Shown: positions 1 to 7,630 of the stretch, piece after piece
Layout: every line of letters begins with the position of its first letter
How positions within the stretch are numbered: position 1 is the first letter of the stretch
Assembly (NCBI GenBank): GCA_027024255.1
Contig: JALVSQ010000011.1
Span: 1-46,366, forward strand
Direction: 5' to 3'
DNA: 46,366 nt
DNA from: Candidatus Micrarchaeota archaeon
GTDB lineage: Archaea > Micrarchaeota > Micrarchaeia > Anstonellales > J096
The notes under the pieces: model-generated
Told to the model about the DNA's origin: nothing
The model's database searches: none
Seen by the model: the letters and a program-made list of their open reading frames with translations, nothing else
Position numbers and translations under genes: made by a program

Positions 1-1412
1 TCGATGAGTTTTTACCAGTCCTTTATAGCTATATCTTTTTTCCATCAACCATAGACCTTTCAAAAACTGCTGTTTTAAAGAGGCCTAAACTCCTGGGTTT
101 TGGTTTTATTGAAACATCAGAAGTTAAACCAGAGATATACAATAAAGAGTTGTATGAAAAGCTTGTTGAATTATCCGGGCTTGTTGAGACTGCCGGAAAG
201 ATAAGTGGATTAAAAAGAATGATTGAGGAATTAAAGGAAGTAAAAATAGGAATGATAGGTTTAGTCATTTACATATCTCAAGCTGTAGAATTAAGTGAAG
301 AGAATGTTAAAAGAATTATAGATGAGAGTAATAAATTAAAAGTTGAGCTGGTAAGAGAGCTAACAACCATAACAACGCTTGATTCATTGAATAGAAGGAT
401 TCTAAGAGACTCAACCAGAATTGTGTTTGCAGAAGAACTTGGAGAAGCTTCATATGCAAACATAGGTATTCCTCCTGAACTGTATGGCTTAAACATTATA
501 AGCTCAAAATTATCCTCAATTGATTTTAAGGTTGAAGAGAATAAAGAAGGCAAAATAATTGAAATCAAAAAACAGGAGGTAAAAAAAGAGAAGAAAGAGG
601 AAATTAAAAGTAATAATGAAGATAGCAAGAAAATTCAGGAGAAAGAAATTCACATATCCTCTTTCATAAGGAATACTATAAGAGAGGTGTTTAGAGGGAG
701 TTATAAAGAGATTGCTGTGGCTATTTTAGCTAAAAAAATTGAGGAATATGCTTTAAGTGTAAGGGGCCCTGTTGAAACAAAAAAAGAAAAGGCAAAGTTG
801 AAGATTGAAAGCATAAAAAGGAAGTTTGATAGAACCTTAGAGGCAATAAAAAAAGAACTGAAAGAATCAGGTCTCTCCAATGGAGAGGTAAATAATGCAA
901 TAGGCAATGTTGTTGTTCCTCTTATTCTTCACTTTCAAAAGCAGAAGGCAGTAATTGATTTCATAAACAAAGTAAGTGAAGGTAAGGAACTCGATGAGGA
1001 TGAGCTGAAAATATTTGAGTATGTAAAAAATCACCCTGTTGCATGGCAATCATTAGCAAAGTTAAGCAAAAAACCCAGATTGTCTAAAAGGCATGAAATA
1101 ACTTTTATAGATGGTGTAAAAAAAGAACTTTCAAAACACTTTAAAGGAGAGCTTTTACTTGCTGCTGTACATACAGTCAGAATTCTCAATGCAAAGAGAA
1201 GAATAGGTTGGGTTTATTTGAGCCATGAAACGATTGCCTCTGACATAACAAAAGCAACTAAACTTAGCAGAAGTGAGGTAGAGCAGTTATTTATGAAAAT
1301 GATAGAGCTAAACATTCTTAAAAAACTCAAAGAGGGCAGGCAGGGATGGTTCGGCATCTCAATAAATCCAAAGTGGTTAGCAGATGTGAAAAATAACAAA
1401 ATAAGAAATTGA
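1..1412 (+). CDS. hypothetical protein, 5'-partial; Lys/Glu-rich centre, C-terminal winged-helix-like segment
   Basis: The frame of the 150..1412 ORF has no stop codon from nt 3 onward. There is no in-frame ATG before the TTG at 150, so the gene very likely starts upstream of the window. No family recognised. The TGA stop (1410-1412) abuts the tRNA-Ile 3' end. Confidence 0.5.
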   Translation, partial: DEFLPVLYSYIFFPSTIDLSKTAVLKRPKLLGFGFIETSEVKPEIYNKELYEKLVELSGLVETAGKISGLKRMIEELKEVKIGMIGLVIYISQAVELSEENVKRIIDESNKLKVELVRELTTITTLDSLNRRILRDSTRIVFAEELGEASYANIGIPPELYGLNIISSKLSSIDFKVEENKEGKIIEIKKQEVKKEKKEEIKSNNEDSKKIQEKEIHISSFIRNTIREVFRGSYKEIAVAILAKKIEEYALSVRGPVETKKEKAKLKIESIKRKFDRTLEAIKKELKESGLSNGEVNNAIGNVVVPLILHFQKQKAVIDFINKVSEGKELDEDELKIFEYVKNHPVAWQSLAKLSKKPRLSKRHEITFIDGVKKELSKHFKGELLLAAVHTVRILNAKRRIGWVYLSHETIASDITKATKLSRSEVEQLFMKMIELNILKKLKEGRQGWFGISINPKWLADVKNNKIRN

Positions 1413-1527
1413 TGGGCCCGGAGGGATTCGAACCCCCGACCTACGGCTTTCCTAGACCCTTAGGAAAACCTGTGTGCTAGAGCGGGTCATATAAGACCGT
1501 CGCTCTAACCGACTGAGCTACGGGCCC
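1413..1527 (-). tRNA. tRNA-Ile, anticodon UAU, with a 41-nt intron at canonical position 37/38
   Basis: Minus-strand read: GGGCCCG-TA-GCTC-AGTCGGTTA-GAGC-G-ACGGT-CTTATA[intron]A-GCCGT-AGGTC-GGGGG-TTCGAAT-CCCTC-CGGGCCC-A. A full cloverleaf can be drawn. The BHB motif was drawn by hand (see finding). The acceptor and D arm are typical of archaeal tRNA-Ile. Confidence 0.85.
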
Positions 1528-1553
1528 TTCCTACTCTTAAATACAGAGAAAAG

Positions 1554-1561
1554 ATTAAAAA
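1554..1561 (-). promoter_or_regulatory. TATA-box-like element upstream of tRNA-Ile
   Basis: TTTTTAAT on the minus strand, at -27..-34 relative to the mature 5' end (1527). Confidence 0.35.
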
Positions 1562-1588
1562 CACTTATGCTTGGTCAGCCGGATTACA

Positions 1589-1596
1589 TTTAAAAA
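1589..1596 (+). promoter_or_regulatory. TATA-box-like element upstream of initiator tRNA-Met
   Basis: TTTAAAAA at -32..-25 relative to tRNA nucleotide +1 (1621). Confidence 0.45.
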
Positions 1597-1620
1597 GCCT
1601 TCGAATGCAATCTATATTGA

Positions 1621-1695
1621 AGCGGGGTAGGGTAGCTTGGAGTGCCCGCCGGGCTCATAACCCGGAGATCGGTGGTTCAAATCCACCCCCCGCTA
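1621..1695 (+). tRNA. initiator tRNA-Met (CAU)
   Basis: AGCGGGG acceptor with an A1:U72 pair. The anticodon stem CCGGG/CCCGG ends in three G:C pairs, the loop is CTCATAA and the T arm is GGTGG-TTCAAAT-CCACC. These are hallmarks of an archaeal initiator tRNA. Confidence 0.9.
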
Positions 1696-1729
1696 TGTTT
1701 AAAAATGTTTTAATAGGAGAAAAGAGAAG

Positions 1730-3352
1730 ATGCTGGATATCTTAAAAGAGCTATACCCTGATAGATATGAAGAGGTCTCCTCCTTAATCAATAATGTAAT
1801 AGCTAAATACAGCATAAATCCTCCAAAATTTGGATACTTTAATGAAAAGGATGCTATTTTAATTGTTTATCCTGACCAGCTCAATGGAATCAAAAAGCCC
1901 CTGAATGTGCTTAAAGAGTTTTTAGATGAAATTATGGTGTTTACAGGTGTGCATATACTTCCCTTTTTTCCTTATAGTTCAGATGATGGGTTTGCAATAA
2001 CTGATTTCAGGAAAGTTAGGGATGATTTAGGTTCCTGGAAAGACATCAGGGAAATAGGAAAGCATTATAGGTTAATGGTTGATTTAGCAGTAAATCATAC
2101 ATCTGCAAGCCATGTGTGGTTTAAGAAGTTTTTAGAGGGAGACCCTTACTACAAAAACTTTTACATAGTAGACGGGAAAGAAGGGTGGGGGAGAGTATTC
2201 AGGCCAAGGGCAACACCTCTCTTTCATCCTTTTCAGAAAGCAAATGGAGAAGTTGTAAATGTCTGGACTACTTTCAGTAAAGATCAGGTTGACCTAAACT
2301 ACAAAGAGCCAAAGGTTCTGGCAAGTATGATTGATACAATGCTGTTTTATGTTAAAAATAACGCTACAATACTAAGGCTGGATGCCATTGCCTACACCTG
2401 GAAAAAGAAGAATACAAGTTGCGTAAATTTAAGAGAGGCAAAGTTACTGGTAAAGCTGTTCAAATCAGTATTGAAGCAAATAAGTAATGACATTTACATA
2501 ATAACTGAAACGAACGTTCCTCATAAAGAAAATATCAGCTACTTTGATTTTGGAGCAGATATGGTTTACAACTTTACATTACCTCCTTTACTCCTTTACT
2601 CTGTATACAGCAAGGATTGTGATGTACTGGCTTCATGGATAAACTCCCTTAATTCAACACTAAGCAAAGGTATTTTCGCCAACTTTATTGCATCTCATGA
2701 TGGTATTGGACTTGTACCTGCAAAAGAGATCCTTAAAGAAAGTCAAATAGAGTTAATAGTAAATGAGGCTAAAAAAAGAGGAGCTTTATTTACATACAGA
2801 ACCACACCAATAGGTAAGGAAGTGTATGAGGTGAATTCAACATTATTCAGTGCTATAAAGGATAATGCTGAATGGGATTACAACAAGTTCCTAAACCTTC
2901 ATTCTATAATGATGTCCATTCCAGGGGTGCCCTTCCTTTACAGTGAGAGCGTGCTAATAGCTGAGAATGATTATTCACTTTACAAAAAGACAAAGAGGCC
3001 CAGGTCTATAAACAGGGCTCACTTCACGTTTGATGAAATCTACTCGATTTATGGAGAGAGGAAAAAAGCTATAAGGAAGCTCTTTGAAATGCTGTTTAAG
3101 AGAAAATTCATAAAAGACCTGAATCCAAAAAAAGAAGTTAAAGCAACCTGGGAAAAGCCCGTCCTTAAAATAAAAAGAGGGAAATTTCTCTCCCTCCATA
3201 ATTTTTCAGAAAAGCCAGTTAATATTGATGTTGAAGGTTTCGATGTATTTAAATTAAAGGAAGTAAGCAGCGTTAGATTAGAGCCATATGGGTTCACCTG
3301 GTTGCTTGAGGAAATTGATGAAGAAACTTTAAAAAGAATGAGTGAGATATAG
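1730..3352 (+). CDS. GH13 sucrose-phosphorylase-like sugar phosphorylase (GH13_18-type)
   Basis: Motifs: HILPFFPYSSDDGFAITDF, VDLAVNHTS, LRLDAIAYTWKK (nucleophile Asp), IITETNVP (acid/base Glu), FIASHDGIG. The substrate cannot be assigned from sequence. Confidence 0.8.
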   Translation: MLDILKELYPDRYEEVSSLINNVIAKYSINPPKFGYFNEKDAILIVYPDQLNGIKKPLNVLKEFLDEIMVFTGVHILPFFPYSSDDGFAITDFRKVRDDLGSWKDIREIGKHYRLMVDLAVNHTSASHVWFKKFLEGDPYYKNFYIVDGKEGWGRVFRPRATPLFHPFQKANGEVVNVWTTFSKDQVDLNYKEPKVLASMIDTMLFYVKNNATILRLDAIAYTWKKKNTSCVNLREAKLLVKLFKSVLKQISNDIYIITETNVPHKENISYFDFGADMVYNFTLPPLLLYSVYSKDCDVLASWINSLNSTLSKGIFANFIASHDGIGLVPAKEILKESQIELIVNEAKKRGALFTYRTTPIGKEVYEVNSTLFSAIKDNAEWDYNKFLNLHSIMMSIPGVPFLYSESVLIAENDYSLYKKTKRPRSINRAHFTFDEIYSIYGERKKAIRKLFEMLFKRKFIKDLNPKKEVKATWEKPVLKIKRGKFLSLHNFSEKPVNIDVEGFDVFKLKEVSSVRLEPYGFTWLLEEIDEETLKRMSEI

Positions 3353-3356
3353 ACAC

Positions 3357-4910
3357 ATGCTTACCGAGCTTTTACTCTCATTTTTAAGAATGCTCATTGC
3401 ATATATAATTTCATTGGGAATTGCTTATTCTCTTGGTTATATCTTAGCTAAGGATAAAATAATGGAGAAAATATTCATGCCTTTTGTAGATGTTCTTCAA
3501 TCTGTGCCTATTTTAACATTTTTTCCAATTGCCCTTTACCTGATTATAAGAATGGTGCCCTATGGCCTTGGCCCTGAAATAGCAGTTATATTTTTGATAG
3601 TTACAAGCATGGTCTGGAACCTCATATTTGCTGTCTATGAAAGTATGCTCTCTCTGCCCTCCTCACTCAAAGAAATAATTAAAATGTTCAAGTTAGACGC
3701 AATCAACAGGTTTTTCATGATATATGTGCCTAACTCTTTGAGGAGTGTAATCCCGAATTCTATGGTATCATGGGCAAATGGCTGGTACTTTTTAATAGCA
3801 ACTGAAATAATAAGCATAGGAAGCGAAGAATACAAATTAAGGGGCATAGGTTCTTTTCTCATGGAAAACGCAAGTAAAGGAAATCTGAATGTTGTGTTTA
3901 TGGGCATTGCAGCTGTAACGCTGTTGATAGTTGCAATGAACCAGTTAATCTGGAGACCTTTAATAACAATTCTTGACCAGTTTTATGTAAAAAAGAAGGA
4001 ATTCAACATTTACATGTTCATTGCTTCAAGATTGGGATTCAAAAAAAGCAGCACATTTATCTTAAATCTTATTTCAACAATGTACTCATCTTTCGTTAAG
4101 TTAATAAAAAGAATGCTTATGAAGTATGTTGAGGACATTGAAGGATTTGCAATACAATTAATAGGAGGTATCAAGGCTATTTTACTTGTCTCATTCCTTA
4201 TATTCAGCTTATGGTTTATTGAAGTGAGTATTGAAATTGTAAAGGATGTCGGAAATGAAGTATTTGATGTTGCAGTTGCTTTCCTATTCTCATTTTTAAG
4301 AATATTAATTGCCTTACTCCTCTCTCTTGCATGGACGTTACCTGTTGTTTACTTAATGACAAAATCAAAAACTCTTGAAAATATATTGCTACCCATATTC
4401 GAGGTTGTTGCTGCCATCCCTGTAACTGCTCTGTTTCCTGTTGTTGTTATTCTTTTAATAAATGCCTTCCCACTTGAAATAGTTGTTCTTATTTTCTTAA
4501 TGACAGGTATGCAGTGGTACATCCTTTTCAATGTTTATGGGGGGTTAAAAACAATACCGAAGGAATTCTATGACTTAAAGGTTTTGTTTAGAATACCTGA
4601 AAGAAAATTCTTGAAAAAGATAGTTTTACCTGTTGTTCTCCCGTTGCTTATAGTAGGCATGATGTCTGCTGTTGGTGGTGGATGGAATGCAGTAATAGTG
4701 GCAGAGTACATCCCTACAAGTGAAAATATCGCCTCTGTAAACGGAATTGGCTCACTCATGAGCTATGGATTAAAGGAAGGAAATCTTGGCCTTGTTTATC
4801 TAACTGCTTTGAGTGTGGGAATAACAGTTCCGTTAATAAATATTTTTGTGTGGAGACCTTTATTAAAGAAAGCAGGAAAAAGGAAGGGAGCAGGATGGAC
4901 ACAATTATGA
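3357..4910 (+). CDS. ABC transporter permease, duplicated (two fused NitT/TauT-type permease domains)
   Basis: About 12 predicted TM segments arranged as two homologous halves. The ORF track starts at GTG 3342; the ATG at 3357 is preferred. It overlaps or abuts the upstream GH13 gene. Confidence 0.75.
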   Translation: MLTELLLSFLRMLIAYIISLGIAYSLGYILAKDKIMEKIFMPFVDVLQSVPILTFFPIALYLIIRMVPYGLGPEIAVIFLIVTSMVWNLIFAVYESMLSLPSSLKEIIKMFKLDAINRFFMIYVPNSLRSVIPNSMVSWANGWYFLIATEIISIGSEEYKLRGIGSFLMENASKGNLNVVFMGIAAVTLLIVAMNQLIWRPLITILDQFYVKKKEFNIYMFIASRLGFKKSSTFILNLISTMYSSFVKLIKRMLMKYVEDIEGFAIQLIGGIKAILLVSFLIFSLWFIEVSIEIVKDVGNEVFDVAVAFLFSFLRILIALLLSLAWTLPVVYLMTKSKTLENILLPIFEVVAAIPVTALFPVVVILLINAFPLEIVVLIFLMTGMQWYILFNVYGGLKTIPKEFYDLKVLFRIPERKFLKKIVLPVVLPLLIVGMMSAVGGGWNAVIVAEYIPTSENIASVNGIGSLMSYGLKEGNLGLVYLTALSVGITVPLINIFVWRPLLKKAGKRKGAGWTQL

Positions 4911-5635
4911 AAGTTAATAATTTAGGCAAAGCATTTGACTCAGTCTGGGTACTTAAGCACATATCATTTGAGCTAAAAGAAGATGAAATCGTCAGTGTGC
5001 TCGGCCCTTCAGGTGTTGGAAAAACAACTTTGTTGAGAATGCTTGCCGGCCTCGAAACTCTGACAGAAGGTTCGATCCAATTTCTCCAACCAAAGGATCC
5101 TGAAAGGGATTTAATCTCGCTTGTGTTTGAGGATCCTGCTCTTGTTCCCTGGTTGACTGTGTATGAGAATATAATGCTTGCTCTTGACCACCTGCATCTA
5201 GATGAAAGAGAGAAGATTGCAAGAGCCAAGTTTTATCTTGATTTAGTTGGACTTTCAGGTTATGAGGATAGTTATCCTGTAGAATTGCCAAAAGGTTTAA
5301 AGAAGAAAGCAAGTTTTGCAAGGGCTTTATCCGTAGAACCTGTAATACTTCTCCTGGATGAACCTTTCTCAAACATTGATGCTTTATCAGCCCAGGCATT
5401 AAAAGACGAGCTGGTTAAAATAACTGAGGATGACGATTATCCAACAGAAGGAACTGTATTTACAACTCACAGCGTTGAGGATGCTGTTTACCTATCAGAT
5501 AAAGTAATAATACTGGATGGAAAACCGGGAATGGTAAAGGAAGTGATAAATATTTCATTGAAAAGACCCAGAAATATAAAATCAAGGAGCTTCAATAAGT
5601 ATGTTGATAGAATATATGAAATAATGTTGAGGTGA
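4895..5635 (+). CDS. ABC transporter ATP-binding protein (nitrate/sulfonate/taurine family)
   Basis: Walker A GPSGVGKTT. A degenerate signature (PKGLKKK) aligns where LSGGQ is expected. Walker B LLLDEPFS and an H-loop TTHS are present. Alternative starts are 4850 (GTG) and 4907 (ATGA overlap with the permease stop). Confidence 0.85.
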   Translation: MDTIMKVNNLGKAFDSVWVLKHISFELKEDEIVSVLGPSGVGKTTLLRMLAGLETLTEGSIQFLQPKDPERDLISLVFEDPALVPWLTVYENIMLALDHLHLDEREKIARAKFYLDLVGLSGYEDSYPVELPKGLKKKASFARALSVEPVILLLDEPFSNIDALSAQALKDELVKITEDDDYPTEGTVFTTHSVEDAVYLSDKVIILDGKPGMVKEVINISLKRPRNIKSRSFNKYVDRIYEIMLR

Positions 5636-5639
5636 TGGT

Positions 5640-6104
5640 ATGGAATGGTTGCCTGATGTGAACATAACAGAGGTTGTAGGTATGCTTGAAGTTATTCATG
5701 ATAATGGAGATAAGATGGGTGCTGATGATTTACAGAGAGCAACAGGCATTCCTTTTGATGAACTATTGCCTGCAATTGATGCTGCTGTGATGCTTGGATT
5801 AGCTGTAATAAGGAAGCATTACATATCTCTTACTGAGAGAGGTAAAAAGCTTCTTTCACTTGACCCAGAAGAGAGGAAAGAAAAGCTTTCAGAGTACATA
5901 GGAGAGCTACCGATATTTAAGAAACTCTTCAAAATTATCCTGAACAAAGGAGGCAAAATAAGTGAGGAGGAATTGCTCGAGATGCTTAAAAGGGAAATGA
6001 GCGGTAGAGATGCACGAAGTGAGTTAAAGAAGATTATTCAATGGGGGCAATATGCAGAGATACTTGACTATGACCCTCCATCCAAGGAGATAAGCATCCT
6101 GTAA
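5640..6104 (+). CDS. stand-alone AAA-associated C-terminal domain protein (ABC NitT/TauT ATPase accessory domain)
   Basis: The N-terminal LPDVNITEVVGMLEVI and the C-terminal IIQWGQYAEILDYD match the pattern of the C-terminal AAA-associated domain, which is normally fused to this ATPase family. It lies 4 nt after the ATPase stop. Confidence 0.65.
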   Translation: MEWLPDVNITEVVGMLEVIHDNGDKMGADDLQRATGIPFDELLPAIDAAVMLGLAVIRKHYISLTERGKKLLSLDPEERKEKLSEYIGELPIFKKLFKIILNKGGKISEEELLEMLKREMSGRDARSELKKIIQWGQYAEILDYDPPSKEISIL

Positions 6105-6106
6105 AA

Positions 6107-6436
6107 ATGATAGTGACAGGAAAAGTAGTTAGGGGGCTTAATATTTCCAATGCTTTCATTAAAAAATATTACTCGGTCATTCACACGCTAATAGGGAAAG
6201 AATTCTACCCTTACACAATAAATCTTAAATTAAGCAAAGAGGATTTCCTGAAGTTCAAGTTAAGAGCTAATCTATTGATTAAAGACAACTTAGTATTGCA
6301 CTGGAAAAAGGGATATTTAAAAGGTTTTTCATGCATATGCCTAATTCCAGAAAAAACAAAACATAAGTTTGTTGTTGAAATAATTTGTGAAAAGAAAATT
6401 GAGATAGGTAAAAGGCTAAGAGTGGAGGTGAAGTAA
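6107..6436 (+). CDS. CTP-dependent riboflavin kinase-like protein (DUF120 family), divergent
   Basis: MIVTGKVVRGL...FYPYTINLKL resembles the archaeal RibK N-terminus (G.VVSGLG...EPYPGTLNLKL). The GEG-like motif is not conserved. Confidence 0.45.
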   Translation: MIVTGKVVRGLNISNAFIKKYYSVIHTLIGKEFYPYTINLKLSKEDFLKFKLRANLLIKDNLVLHWKKGYLKGFSCICLIPEKTKHKFVVEIICEKKIEIGKRLRVEVK

Positions 6437-7630
6437 ATGAAAAATATAGTGGTTTCAGAAGGGAACTACACACCACCCGGAAAATTAGATGTTGAAGTTG
6501 TGGAAAGAAAAGGATTAGGTCATCCTGATACGCTTATAGATGGAATAATGGAATTTATAAGCAGAAAGCTAAGCCATATTTATCTTGACGAATTTGGTAA
6601 AATAATGCATCACAATGTAGATAAAGGAGTCATCGTAGGAGGCAAAACGTTTGTGGAGTTTGGAGGAGGCAAAATGGAAAAGCCCATCTACATTTTGCTT
6701 GTTGGCAGAGCAACTGATGAAGTCAATGGAAAAAGAATAGATGTTAACAGGATTGCCATTGAAACAGCAAAGGAGTACTTAAAAAACAATATACCCCATT
6801 TAAACATTGAAGAACATGTTGAAATTAACTCAAAGATAAGGCCTGGGAGCAAGGATTTAGTGGATTTATTTTTAAGAGAAGGGGTGCCAGAGGCCAACGA
6901 CACAAGTTTTGGTGTTGGCTATGCACCTTACACAGATGCTGAAAATCTTGCCTTAAACATAGAGAAGTTTCTGAACAGCAAAGAGTATAAAAAGACTCAT
7001 CCTTATGTTGGTGAGGATATAAAAGTTATGGTTTCAAGGAATGGAGAAAAAATTAACATAACCATTGCCCTTGCTTTCATATCAAAGTACATCAACTCAG
7101 TTGATGATTACTTTAAGTTTAAGGAAACTGTTGAGAAGGATGTAAAAAAAGAAGTAAAAAAGTACACCAACATGGAAGTTAATATAGATATAAATACAGC
7201 AGATAGTTATGAGAGAAACTCTGTTTATATAACATTAACAGGCACATCAGCAGAGGCAGGAGATGACGGTTCCGTTGGAAGAGGAAATAGGAGCAATGGA
7301 TTGATAACTCCTTTCAGGCTGATGACCCTGGAAGCAGCAGCAGGTAAAAACCCTGTAAACCATGTTGGGAAGATTTACTCTGTTTTAAGCTTCAAAATTG
7401 CCGATTTGATATATAGAGAGCTGGAAGGAGATGTCGAAGATATAAGCGTTACTTTACTAAGTCAAATAGGCAAGCCAATAAATGAACCAAAAGTTGCCTT
7501 TGTCGAACTTGTAAAGCCAGGTAAAGAGGATTATAAAAACAAAGCAAAGTATATTGTAGAGAAAGAGTTGGAAAACATTGAAAGCATAACTTACGAAATA
7601 ATTGAAGGTAAATATCCTATCTATTATTAA
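6437..7630 (+). CDS. metK: archaeal-type S-adenosylmethionine synthetase
   Basis: [15 protein letters not shown] and [27 protein letters not shown] are diagnostic of the archaeal MAT family. Length 397 aa. Confidence 0.95.
   Translation: MKNIVVSEGNYTPPGKLDVEVVERKGLGHPDTLIDGIMEFISRKLSHIYLDEFGKIMHHNVDKGVIVGGKTFVEFGGGKMEKPIYILLVGRATDEVNGKRIDVNRIAIETAKEYLKNNIPHLNIEEHVEINSKIRPGSKDLVDLFLREGVPEANDTSFGVGYAPYTDAENLALNIEKFLNSKEYKKTHPYVGEDIKVMVSRNGEKINITIALAFISKYINSVDDYFKFKETVEKDVKKEVKKYTNMEVNIDINTADSYERNSVYITLTGTSAEAGDDGSVGRGNRSNGLITPFRLMTLEAAAGKNPVNHVGKIYSVLSFKIADLIYRELEGDVEDISVTLLSQIGKPINEPKVAFVELVKPGKEDYKNKAKYIVEKELENIESITYEIIEGKYPIYY

Noticed and set aside
29-268. 79-aa minus-strand ORF at the window start
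   Set aside because: It is antisense to the long open frame that runs from the window edge to 1412, and nothing about its product (N/S/I/P/F-rich, no recognisable motif) suggests an independent gene.
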